Origin: an uncultured Lichenihabitans sp.
GTDB taxonomy: Bacteria > Pseudomonadota > Alphaproteobacteria > Rhizobiales > Beijerinckiaceae
Assembly (NCBI GenBank): GCA_964242785.1
Contig: CAXTBR010000017.1
Coordinates: 1,615-65,614, forward strand
DNA length: 64,000 nucleotides
Direction of reading: 5' to 3'
The translations under genes and the position numbers were made by a program. The notes under the pieces are model-generated. The model ran no database searches. It was not told where the DNA came from and worked only from the letters and a program-made list of their open reading frames with translations. Within the stretch, counting starts at the first letter, position 1; each line of letters starts with the position of its first letter. Below, piece after piece: positions 9,784 through 18,435 of the stretch.

Positions 9784-11244
9784 TCACCGCGTCCCCTGCT
9801 GGCTCAGAAGCTTCGGGCTGCGGTGGGCCTCGACGAGGGTGAGGCGTGCGGCCTCCGCGCGCGTCGGCGCCACAGGCAGGCTCATCACGACCTTGAGGCC
9901 GGGGCCGTTGTCGTCGAGGCGCAGCTCTCCGCCGTGCAGATGCGCGATGGCGGAGGCGAGCGACAGGCCGAGGCCCGAGCCGGGCCGCGACCGCGACCCC
10001 TCCAGCCGGACGAAGCGCTCCAGCACCCGGCCGCGGTCGGCGGGTGGGATGCCCGATCCGCGATCCGCCACGGCGACCTCCACCCGGTCGCCCGCGCGCC
10101 GCGCCGAGACGGCGACCACGGAGCGTGAACCCGCCGCCGCGGCGCCGTATTTGAGGGCGTTGTCGATGAGGTTGGCCAGCGCCTGGCCCAGGAGCTCCCG
10201 ATTGACCCGAACGGGCAGCGCCGGCTCGATCTCGACGGTGAGGGCCACGCCGGCCTCCTCGGCCGAGGGCTCGTAGAGCTCCGCGACGTCCGCGACGATC
10301 GCGCCCGCGTCGCCCTCGACCAGGGCGTCCCGGCCCGAGCCGGCCTCGGCGCGGGCGATCATCAGCAGGGCGTTGAAGACCGCGATCAGCCCGTCGGCCT
10401 CGCCGATCACCCTCTCCAGGGCGTCGCGCTGGCGCTCCGCGTCGCCGCCCGAGCGCAGGGCCTCCTCGGCGTTGTTGCGCAACCGGGTCAGCGGCGTCCG
10501 CAGATCGTGGGCGATGTTGTCGGACACCTCGCGCATGCCCACCATCAGGTTGCCGATGCGCGCGATCATGGCGTTCAGGTTCTCGGCCAGCCGGTCGAGC
10601 TCGTCGCCGGTGCCGGCGAGCGGCAGGCGCCGCGACAGGTCGCCCGTCATGATGGTCTTGGCGCTGGCGTTCATGGCGTCGACGCGGCGCAGGATCTTCA
10701 GCGACACGACGAGGCCGCCGACCAGGCCCACCAGCATGACCCAGAACAGCGAGGTGAACAGCGCGTGGATCATCACGTCGCGCAGGTTCTCGCGTTCCTC
10801 GAGGTCGCGGCCGACCAGGAGGCGGAAGCCGCTCGGCAGCAGGAACACCTGGGCCAGCGCCAGGTGGTTCGGCCGCGCGTCGCCGCGGCGCTCGTAGCTC
10901 GTCTCGACGAGGCCGGGCCGGTCGATGACGCCGGGCGGCAGGGTCGCGACGTTGCCCGCGAGAGCCTGGCCCGCGAAGTTCGTCACGAGGTAGAGCGAGG
11001 ACCCCGGCTGCTCGGTGCGCCGCTCGACCGCGGTGACGAGCTGCCGGATGCCGCCCGTCTCGTATTGCTCGTTCAGTCCGTTGATCTCGGCCACGATGGT
11101 CTGGCCGATCTGCTGGTCGAGGAGCTGGTTGACGTTCCAGTCGATGCCGCCCAGCACCACCCCCGCGCCGACGGCGAAGATCACCAGGTAGGCGAGCGAC
11201 AGCTTGAAGGCCGTCGTGCGGAAGAGTTTACCGATGATGGTCAC
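9784..11244 (-). CDS. HAMP-domain sensor histidine kinase (partner of the degP-linked OmpR-family regulator)
   Basis: Two TM segments, HAMP, H-box NIAHDLRTPLTRL, ANLIDNALKY, VADRGSG, GSGLGLSL. Confidence 0.92.
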   Translation of the reverse strand: MTIIGKLFRTTAFKLSLAYLVIFAVGAGVVLGGIDWNVNQLLDQQIGQTIVAEINGLNEQYETGGIRQLVTAVERRTEQPGSSLYLVTNFAGQALAGNVATLPPGVIDRPGLVETSYERRGDARPNHLALAQVFLLPSGFRLLVGRDLEERENLRDVMIHALFTSLFWVMLVGLVGGLVVSLKILRRVDAMNASAKTIMTGDLSRRLPLAGTGDELDRLAENLNAMIARIGNLMVGMREVSDNIAHDLRTPLTRLRNNAEEALRSGGDAERQRDALERVIGEADGLIAVFNALLMIARAEAGSGRDALVEGDAGAIVADVAELYEPSAEEAGVALTVEIEPALPVRVNRELLGQALANLIDNALKYGAAAAGSRSVVAVSARRAGDRVEVAVADRGSGIPPADRGRVLERFVRLEGSRSRPGSGLGLSLASAIAHLHGGELRLDDNGPGLKVVMSLPVAPTRAEAARLTLVEAHRSPKLLSQQGTR

Positions 11245-11911
11245 GGATCATGTATCCGGCCCCCCGCACCGTGTGGAGCAGGGGCGCGTCGCTGCCCTTG
11301 TCGATCTTGGAGCGCAGCCGCGAGATGTGGACGTCGATGACGTTGGTCTGCGGGTCGAAGTGATAGTCCCACACGTGTTCGAGCAGCATCGTGCGGGTGA
11401 CGACCTGGCCGGCGTTGCGCATCAGATATTCGAGCAGGCGGAACTCGCGCGGCTGGACCGGGATGTCCTTGCCGTTGCGGGACACCTTGTGGGCCAGGCG
11501 GTCGAGTTCGAGAGGGCCGACGCGGTAGAGCGTGGGCTCGCCCGTGTCGAGGGGCTTGCGCCGCGCCAGGATCTCGACGCGCGCCAACAGTTCCGAGAAG
11601 CTGTAGGGCTTGGGCAGGTAGTCGTCCCCTCCGGCCCGCAGGCCCTTCACCCGGTCGTCGACCTGCCCCAGCGCCGAGAGGATCAGGGCCGGCGTCTCGA
11701 CCTTCTGGGCGCGGAGGCCGCCGATCAGCGACAACCCGTCGAGCTTCGGCAGCATGCGGTCGACGATCAGCACGTCGTAGGGCCCGTCCTGCGCCATGGC
11801 GCTGCCCTGCAGCCCGTCGTGGGCCACGTCGGCGGAGTGGCCCGCCTCGCCGAAAGCCTTGACGAGGTAGTTGGAGGCCTCGGGATCGTCCTCGATCACC
11901 AGGATGCGCAT
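11228..11911 (-). CDS. OmpR/PhoB-family response regulator
   Basis: MRILVIEDD, phospho-acceptor VDRMLP, GGDDYLPKPY, winged-helix end DVHISRLRSKID...LLHTVRGAGY. Confidence 0.95.
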   Translation of the reverse strand: MRILVIEDDPEASNYLVKAFGEAGHSADVAHDGLQGSAMAQDGPYDVLIVDRMLPKLDGLSLIGGLRAQKVETPALILSALGQVDDRVKGLRAGGDDYLPKPYSFSELLARVEILARRKPLDTGEPTLYRVGPLELDRLAHKVSRNGKDIPVQPREFRLLEYLMRNAGQVVTRTMLLEHVWDYHFDPQTNVIDVHISRLRSKIDKGSDAPLLHTVRGAGYMIRDHHR

Positions 11912-11975
11912 GCCGGACGGACCTTCTCGGCCGGAGGTGAAGACCGCCCGTCATCCGACGGCACAAGGCGGAGAC

Positions 11976-12003
11976 GGAGGGCCGGGCGCCTGCCCGGCCC
12001 TCC
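11976..12003. other. Perfect 12-bp GC-rich hairpin between degP and the response regulator
   Basis: GGAGGGCCGGGC-GCCT-GCCCGGCCCTCC; no U-tract on the coding (-) strand. Confidence 0.5.
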
Positions 12004-12016
12004 GCCCGGGTGCGGA

Positions 12017-13525
12017 TCAGCCCGCGTTCTGGGTCGCCAGGGCCACGTAGCGGACGTTGTCGCCGGTCTTGACCCGCAGCAGCACGGCCTTGCGGCCGTC
12101 CTTCTTGGCGTCCGCGATCGCGGCCGACACGTCGGCCGGGCGCGCCACGCTCTTGCCGGCGGCTTCCAGGATCACGTCGCCGGTCTGGAGGCCCTTCTGG
12201 GCCGCGGGGCCGTCCGGATCGATGTCCGCCACCACCACGCCGGCATTGCCGGCACCGGCGATCGACGAGGCCGGGGCGAGCGTCAGACCGAGGCTGGAGA
12301 GCTGCGCCTTCTCGTCCCGCGGCGCGGGCACCTCCGCCTTGGCGACCTGATCGTTCGGCAGGGTGCCGAGCGTCACGTCGACGGTCTTCTCGCTGCCCTC
12401 GTGCCACACCGTGAGCGACACCTTCTTGTCCGGACCGATGCCGGCGATCTTGCGCGACAGCTCCTTCGGGCCGTCGACGCCGTCGTTGTTCACCGCCGTG
12501 ATGACGTCGCCCGACTTGATGCCGGCCTCGCCCGCCGGGGAGCCCTTCTGCGGCTCGGCCACGAGCGCGCCCTTGGTGTCCTTCAGGCCCAGCGAGTCCG
12601 CGATGTCGACCGTCACGGGCTGGATCTGGATGCCCAGCCAGCCGCGCGCCACGACGCCCTTGTCCCGGAGGGACTGGATCACGCCCTTGGCGACCTCGGT
12701 GGGGATCGCGAAGCCGATGCCGACGCTGCCGCCCGAGGGCGAGAAGATGGCGGTGTTGATGCCGACGACCTGCCCCTCGGTGTTGAAGGTCGGGCCGCCC
12801 GAGTTGCCGCGGTTCACCGGGGCGTCGATCTGCAGGAAGTCGTCGTAGGGGCCGGCCCCGATATCGCGGCCGCGGGCCGAGACGATGCCGGCCGTCACCG
12901 TTCCGCCGAGGCCGAAGGGGTTGCCGACCGCGATCACCCAGTCGCCGACGCGCGGCACGCCGCTCGCCCACTGCACGAAGGGATAGTTGGCGCCCGACTT
13001 GACCTTGATGAGCGCGAGGTCGGTCTTCTTGTCGGTGCCCACCACGGTGGCCGGGACGATCTTGCCGTCCTGGAGCGCGACCTCGACCTCCGTGGCGTTC
13101 TCGACGACGTGGTTGTTGGTGACGATGAAGCCGTCCGCCGAGATGAAGAAACCCGAGCCCTGCGCCGTGCCGGTGTGCGGGTGGGGCTTCTGGCTGCCCT
13201 GGCCGCGCTGCTCGAACTGGTGGAAGAACCGCTCCAGCGGATCGCCCTTCGGGATGTTGGGCAGGCCCTGCGGACCCTGCGGGCCGTCGTCGTCGGAGGT
13301 GTTCTCGACCATCTTGACCTTGACGGACACGACGGCGGGGCTGACGCGGTCGACCACATCGGCGAAGGAGCCGGGCGCGATGGTGCTCGGGGCCGGCTCG
13401 CCAGCGATCTGGGCGGCCTGGGCCGGGTGGGTCGACAGCAGGCTGGGGGCCGCGACCGTGCCGCCGAGCGCGGCGACGGCCACGGCACCGAGAAGCGCGG
13501 TGCGGATGGTCGGACGCTTGGTCAT
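12017..13525 (-). CDS. degP: DegP/HtrA (Do-family) periplasmic serine protease with two PDZ domains
   Basis: Signal peptide, GSGFFIS, VTNNHVV, DLALIK, QIDAPVNRGNSGGP, two PDZ regions. Confidence 0.95.
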   Translation of the reverse strand: MTKRPTIRTALLGAVAVAALGGTVAAPSLLSTHPAQAAQIAGEPAPSTIAPGSFADVVDRVSPAVVSVKVKMVENTSDDDGPQGPQGLPNIPKGDPLERFFHQFEQRGQGSQKPHPHTGTAQGSGFFISADGFIVTNNHVVENATEVEVALQDGKIVPATVVGTDKKTDLALIKVKSGANYPFVQWASGVPRVGDWVIAVGNPFGLGGTVTAGIVSARGRDIGAGPYDDFLQIDAPVNRGNSGGPTFNTEGQVVGINTAIFSPSGGSVGIGFAIPTEVAKGVIQSLRDKGVVARGWLGIQIQPVTVDIADSLGLKDTKGALVAEPQKGSPAGEAGIKSGDVITAVNNDGVDGPKELSRKIAGIGPDKKVSLTVWHEGSEKTVDVTLGTLPNDQVAKAEVPAPRDEKAQLSSLGLTLAPASSIAGAGNAGVVVADIDPDGPAAQKGLQTGDVILEAAGKSVARPADVSAAIADAKKDGRKAVLLRVKTGDNVRYVALATQNAG

Positions 13526-13669
13526 GGGGAAGAACTCCTCGTCGTCGGGCGGCACGTCCCGCGTGCCGTCTCCATGACGAGCAAGATGGGGCCGCCCACC
13601 TTGCCTTGCCATTTCCCGCGAATGAATCTTTAGTAAGGTGACGCTCACTTGGACGATCGACGCGGAGGC

Positions 13670-14224
13670 TCAGGGTCCCAACGACGATCGGTGCTTCGCT
13701 CTCGACGCTGGCCCGAGAGGCCGAAACTCCTCAATCGAAGCGCTGATTGCCGTGGGAGCCCTCAGGCCCGCGGCTCCGCCATCAGGGCGTCGATCCTGGC
13801 CCTCTCGTCGGGGCGGCGGCTCGGGGGGCCGTCGCCGGGCGAGGAGTGCCGCGGCGCCGATCAGCACCGCGAGGGCGGGCGTCCCCCAGAGCAGCAGCGT
13901 CGCGGGCTCGAAGGGCGGCTTCAGCAGCACGAAATCGCCGTAGCGGCGCACGAGGTAGTCGCGGATCTCCCCGTCGGTGTCGCCGGCCTTGAGGTGTTCG
14001 CGCACGATCAGCCGGAGGTCGCGGGCGAGGGGTGCGGCGGAATCGTCGATCGACTGGTTCTGGCACACGAGGCAGCGCAGCCCCGCCGACACGTCCCGGG
14101 CGCGCCCTTCGAGCACGGGGTCGGCCAGCACCTCGCCGGGCTCGACGGCGCGCGCGGGAGACGCGCCGAGCGCGACGAGCAGCGCCGCGGCGGCGAGAGC
14201 CTCGAGGAGCGGCCGCGCCCTCAT
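13670..14224 (-). CDS. ccmH: Cytochrome c biogenesis protein CcmH/CycL; C-terminus apparently frameshifted and extended through a MITE
   Basis: AVEPGEVLADP, LRCLVCQNQSIDDS, RYGDFVLLKPP, TM segment; canonical-looking tail DERARIDALMAEPRA-stop lies in the +1 frame (13809-13762). Confidence 0.9.
   Translation of the reverse strand: MRARPLLEALAAAALLVALGASPARAVEPGEVLADPVLEGRARDVSAGLRCLVCQNQSIDDSAAPLARDLRLIVREHLKAGDTDGEIRDYLVRRYGDFVLLKPPFEPATLLLWGTPALAVLIGAAALLARRRPPEPPPRREGQDRRPDGGAAGLRAPTAISASIEEFRPLGPASRAKHRSSLGP
13673..13761. mobile_element. 89-bp MITE-like element (family A), copy 2, with TCA target duplication
   Basis: TCA-GGGTCCC...GGGAGCCC-TCA; about 26-bp imperfect terminal inverted arms; core CCGAGAGGCCGAA. 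Confidence 0.85.
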
Positions 14225-16218
14225 TCGGCGGGCGTCGGCAGGGAGGGGCGCCCGGCGAGCGGGACGCGCCGGCGGCGGAACGCCACGCCGACGCGCAGGC
14301 GCCGGTCGGACAGCGACAGCACGCCGCCCGCCGCCATGGCGACCGCCCCGAGCCAGATCAGCGACACCAGCGGCTTCCAGAACATGCGGGCGTCGATCGT
14401 GCCGTCGTCGTGCTGGTCCCCGAGGCTGACGTAGATCTGGCCGAGCCCGATCCCGACGATGCCGGCCTCGGCCACGGTCTGCTGCCGGGTGGCGAAGAAG
14501 CGCTTGGAGGGCGCGATGGCGGCCACCACGCGCCCGCCGCTGCGCACCTCGGTCTCGGCGACCGTCTCGCTGTAGTTGGGCCCGGCGCGCGGCACGAGCG
14601 ACGTGACGACGAGGCTGTAGGGCCCGAGCTCGACCGGCTGGCCGGGCTTCACGGCGGCGATGCGCTCGACGCCCCAGCCCGTGGCGGCGAGGCCGAGCAG
14701 GGTGACGCCCATCCCGGCATGCGCGAGGGCGGTGCCCCAGGCCGAGCGCGGCAGGCCGCCGGCGCGCTCCAGCGCGGTGCGGAGCGGCATGGGCCGCGGC
14801 CGAACCCGCAGCGCCACGTCGGTGAGGGCGCCCAGGATGATGTAGACGGCGAGCCCCGTGCCGAGCGGCGCCAGCACCGGCCCGCCGCGTGTCGCGGCGA
14901 CGAGCGCCACGGCCACCAGCAGGCCGGCCCCGGCCGCCACCGTGAGGCGCTGGGCCGCACCGAGGAGGTCGCCCCGCTTCCAGGCCAGCGCCGGGCCGAC
15001 CGGCATGGCGAGGAGCAGCGGGATCAGCAGCGGCCCGAAAGTCAGGTTGAAGAAGGGCGGCCCGACCGAGATCTTGTGGCCCGTGAGGGCTTCGAGCGCC
15101 AGCGGGTAGAGCGTGCCGACCAGCACGGTGGCGCAGGCCGCCGTCAGGAACAGGTTGTTGAACACCAGCGAGCCCTCGCGCGACACCGGCGCGAAGAGCC
15201 CGCCCGCCTTGAGGCTCGGGGCGCGCCACGCGTAGAGCGCGAAGGAGCCGCCGATGAACAGCGCCAGGATCAGCAGGATGAAGACCCCGCGCGTCGGGTC
15301 GCTGGCGAAGGAGTGGACGGAGGTCAGCACGCCCGAGCGGACCAGGAAGGTGCCCAGCAGCGACAGCGAGAAGGTCACGATGGCGAGGAACACCGTCCAG
15401 ATCTTCAGCGCCTCGCGCTTCTCCATCACGCTGGTACAGTGGAGCAGCGCCGTGCCGGCGAGCCAGGGCATGAGCGAGGCGTTCTCGACCGGGTCCCAGA
15501 ACCAGAAGCCGCCCCAGCCGAGCGTGTAGTAGGCCCAGTAGGAGCCCATGGCGATGCCCAGCGTCAGGCAGGTCCAGGCGATGAGCGCCCAGGGGCGGAC
15601 GAAGCGGGCCCAGCCGGCGTCGACCCGGCCCGTGATGAGGGCCGCGGCCGCGAAGGAGAAGACGATCGAGAAGCCGACGTAGCCGAGGTAGAGCAGCGGC
15701 GGATGGACCGCGAGGCCGAGGTCCTGGAGGATGGGGTTGAGGTCGTGGCCCTCGATGGGCGGCCGGGCCACGCGCGCGAAGGGATCGCTGGTCAACAGGA
15801 TGAAGAGCAGGAAGGCCGAGGCGATCCAGCCCTGCACGGCCAGAGTCGCGGAGCGCAGCACCTCGGGCACGCCGTGGCCGAAGCCCGCCACGAGGCCGCC
15901 GAACAACGCCAGGATCAGCACCCAGAGGAGCATCGAGCCCTCGTGGTTCCCCCACACGCTGGCGATCTTGTAGACCAGCGGCTGCGTCGAATGCGTGTTC
16001 TCGACGACGTTGACGAGCGAGAAGTCCGAGGCGACATGGGCCTCGGTCAGGCAGGCGAAGCTGTAGGCGACGAGCGCCAACTGGCCGAGCGACGCCGGCC
16101 CCGCGACGCCCATGAGGGTGGGGTCGCGGCGCAAAGCCCCCCAGAGCGGCAGGGACGCCTGCACCAGGGCCAGCGCCAGGGCCAGGACGAGGGCGTAATG
16201 GCCTGTCTCGACGAACAT
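14221..16218 (-). CDS. ccmF: Heme lyase CcmF/CycK
   Basis: WGNHEGSMLLW, HPPLLYLGYVG, WGGFWFWDPVENASLMPW (WWD domain), RSGVLTSVHSFA. Confidence 0.97.
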   Translation of the reverse strand: MFVETGHYALVLALALALVQASLPLWGALRRDPTLMGVAGPASLGQLALVAYSFACLTEAHVASDFSLVNVVENTHSTQPLVYKIASVWGNHEGSMLLWVLILALFGGLVAGFGHGVPEVLRSATLAVQGWIASAFLLFILLTSDPFARVARPPIEGHDLNPILQDLGLAVHPPLLYLGYVGFSIVFSFAAAALITGRVDAGWARFVRPWALIAWTCLTLGIAMGSYWAYYTLGWGGFWFWDPVENASLMPWLAGTALLHCTSVMEKREALKIWTVFLAIVTFSLSLLGTFLVRSGVLTSVHSFASDPTRGVFILLILALFIGGSFALYAWRAPSLKAGGLFAPVSREGSLVFNNLFLTAACATVLVGTLYPLALEALTGHKISVGPPFFNLTFGPLLIPLLLAMPVGPALAWKRGDLLGAAQRLTVAAGAGLLVAVALVAATRGGPVLAPLGTGLAVYIILGALTDVALRVRPRPMPLRTALERAGGLPRSAWGTALAHAGMGVTLLGLAATGWGVERIAAVKPGQPVELGPYSLVVTSLVPRAGPNYSETVAETEVRSGGRVVAAIAPSKRFFATRQQTVAEAGIVGIGLGQIYVSLGDQHDDGTIDARMFWKPLVSLIWLGAVAMAAGGVLSLSDRRLRVGVAFRRRRVPLAGRPSLPTPAE

Positions 16219-16228
16219 GCCCCTGCCC

Positions 16229-16714
16229 TCAACGGATCGCGGCGGCCGTCGAGGCCGTGGCGCCGGGTCCCACGGCGGCGGCATCCGGGCGCCACTCGCC
16301 ACTCTTCTTCAGCGCGTCCGCGACCTCGCGCGGCATGTAGGATTCGTCGTGCCTGGCCAGCACGGAATCGGCGAGGAACTGGTTCGGCCCCGACACGACC
16401 CCCTCGGCCACCACGCCCTGCCCCTCGCTGAACAGGTCCGGCAGGAGGCCCGTGTAGCTGACCCGGACGTCCTGCCGGTTGTCCGTGACGACGAAGCGCA
16501 CGGTGGCGTCGCCGACGTGCGCCACCGAGCCCGTCTCGACGAGGCCGCCGATGCGCAGGCGCGTGCCGGGCGGCGGCGCCCTCTGGGCGAACTCCGTCGG
16601 CCCGTAGAAGAAGACGACGCTGTCGCGCAGCGCGAACAGCGTGAGGCCGGCCGCGAGGCCCGCGACGCCCAGCGCGCCGGAGATGAGGACGAGGCGCCTG
16701 CCCTTCCGCCGCAT
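16229..16714 (-). CDS. ccmE: Heme chaperone CcmE/CycJ
   Basis: LRIGGLVETGS, GLLPDLFSEGQGVVAEG, heme-binding ARHDESYMPREV. Confidence 0.95.
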   Translation of the reverse strand: MRRKGRRLVLISGALGVAGLAAGLTLFALRDSVVFFYGPTEFAQRAPPPGTRLRIGGLVETGSVAHVGDATVRFVVTDNRQDVRVSYTGLLPDLFSEGQGVVAEGVVSGPNQFLADSVLARHDESYMPREVADALKKSGEWRPDAAAVGPGATASTAAAIR

Positions 16715-16717
16715 CGC

Positions 16718-17842
16718 CTAGCCCTCCAACCCGAGTTCATGCGCGAGCTGGTCGAGACGGCCCAGCACCTGCGCGTCACCCGTCATGGCCCGGCGCGCGT
16801 CCGCCAGGGCCCGGCGCGCCCGCTCGCCCTCGCCCAGCACGCGATAGGCGCGGACGAGGCGCAGCCACCCGTCCGGGTCCCCCCCGTCCTGGGCGAGACG
16901 GGCCGCGAGGCCGTCCACCATGCCCCGGATGGCGACCTGCCGCTGGTCCGCCGGCAGGGACGCCACGGCGGCGGCGGCGGCCGGCATGCCGGGCGCGGCG
17001 AGGGCAGGGGCGGCGCCGAGGGCGGGCGCGGGGGCCGGCGCGCCGTCGAGTTCGGCGAGGCGCTGCCGGACGATGCCGGCATAGGGCGCCTCGGGCGGCG
17101 CGTCCCGCACCAGCGCCGTCCAGGTGTCGCGCGCCTTCGCCCTGTCGCCGTCCTGGAGGGCCGCGAGCCCCTCGAAGAAGCGCGCCTGCGGCATCAGGGG
17201 ATCGTCCGAGAGGGCCGCGTCGAAGTTCTGCCGGGCCTCGGCCGTCACCACGCCGTCGGCCGCCATCACCAGGGCCTGGCCCAGGGCGGAGCGCCGCGCC
17301 GGCGAGGGGCCGAGCACGCGCAGGGCGTCGCGATAGGCCCGCGCCGCGTCGTCGAAGCGGCCGACCTTCATGTAGATGGGCGCGACGATCTCCAGCCCGC
17401 GTCCGTCATCGGGATCGGAGGCGAGATGCGCCTCGATCCTGGCCATGGCGGCGGCGAAGTCGGTCCGGTCCGCGGCGCGCGCCGAGAGGGGCGCATCGGG
17501 CTGATCGGGATGGCCCACCTCGGCGTAGAGCCCGGCCGTGGCCAGGACCACGAAGCCGCCCGCCGCGGCGGCCGTCGCGGCCCGGCGGCGGGCCGGCCCG
17601 GCGGAGACGCCCGGACGCTCGGCGGCCTGGAGAAGGCGGCGCCCCAGTTCGGCCCGCGTGGCCTCGACGTCGGCGGGGCGCAGGATGCCGCGGTCGACGT
17701 CGGCGTCGAGCTCGGTCAGTTGCTGGCGGTAGAAGGCCACGTCCGTCACACCCGCGGCGCCGGTCCGCCTCGGCCGCAGCATGGGCCAGGAGACGCAGAG
17801 CACCGCGGCAGCGGTCATGAAGGCGAAGGCTAGCCAGACCAT
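16718..17842 (-). CDS. cycH: c-type cytochrome biogenesis protein CcmI/CycH (TPR)
   Basis: N-terminal TM, FYRQQLTELDADVDRG, second TM, TPR region, C-terminal IRGMVDGLAARL...DGWLRLVRAY. Confidence 0.92.
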   Translation of the reverse strand: MVWLAFAFMTAAAVLCVSWPMLRPRRTGAAGVTDVAFYRQQLTELDADVDRGILRPADVEATRAELGRRLLQAAERPGVSAGPARRRAATAAAAGGFVVLATAGLYAEVGHPDQPDAPLSARAADRTDFAAAMARIEAHLASDPDDGRGLEIVAPIYMKVGRFDDAARAYRDALRVLGPSPARRSALGQALVMAADGVVTAEARQNFDAALSDDPLMPQARFFEGLAALQDGDRAKARDTWTALVRDAPPEAPYAGIVRQRLAELDGAPAPAPALGAAPALAAPGMPAAAAAVASLPADQRQVAIRGMVDGLAARLAQDGGDPDGWLRLVRAYRVLGEGERARRALADARRAMTGDAQVLGRLDQLAHELGLEG

Positions 17843-17897
17843 GCCGCCCTTCTAACGCGTCCCCGCCGGGGCGGGAACGCCAAAGGTGACCCTGCGT

Positions 17898-18353
17898 TCA
17901 AGAGGTCACATGCCAAGTGCCGTCGGCGTCGCGGCATCCCGTCCCGCGCCCCGTCTGCGGCCGGCCGGCGAAGAAGATCGTCGCCGTGAAGCTGCGGCAT
18001 TCCGCCGCCGCACCCTCGGCGGCCGCCCCGGCGGGGCCCGGCACGACGTAGCCGAACACCCCCCTCTCGCCCTTCCAGGTGCGGCGTTCGCCCGACGCCA
18101 CGGCGCCGTCCTCGGCCCCGAGCGCCGCCATGCGGTCGGCCTCCGCCAGCTTGGCGCCGACGGGTCCGCCCAGGAAGGTCCCGTAGTTCACCGGCACGGG
18201 CGGGGGCGCGGCTTCGGCCGGCAGCGACGCCACGGCGGGCACGGGCGTCGACAGCGATGCCACGCCCGTGCCGCCCCCGGTCGTCGAGCAGCCGGCGAGC
18301 CCAGCGGCGCAGAGCAGCGCCGCACCCCTCATCAACGCAACCTTCGATGCCAT
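17898..18353 (-). CDS. Putative lipoprotein (17-kDa surface-antigen-like)
   Basis: Lipobox LAGC; GGPVGAKLAEADRMAA...GERRTW and CRSFTATIF..GTGCRDADGTW; start may instead be ATG at 18332. Confidence 0.7.
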   Translation of the reverse strand: MASKVALMRGAALLCAAGLAGCSTTGGGTGVASLSTPVPAVASLPAEAAPPPVPVNYGTFLGGPVGAKLAEADRMAALGAEDGAVASGERRTWKGERGVFGYVVPGPAGAAAEGAAAECRSFTATIFFAGRPQTGRGTGCRDADGTWHVTS

Positions 18354-18435
18354 GCCGCCCCCGGCCCCTCTCACGCGTGCCAGCCCGTGTCGGCTTCAGC
18401 ATGCCACAGCCTAACCCTCAAGTCTTGCCGGTGCC

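Noticed and set aside
13560-13660. Response-regulator or sigma-E/sigma-32 site upstream of degP
   Set aside because: An AT-rich patch is present, but I could not read a convincing direct repeat or -35/-10 pair.
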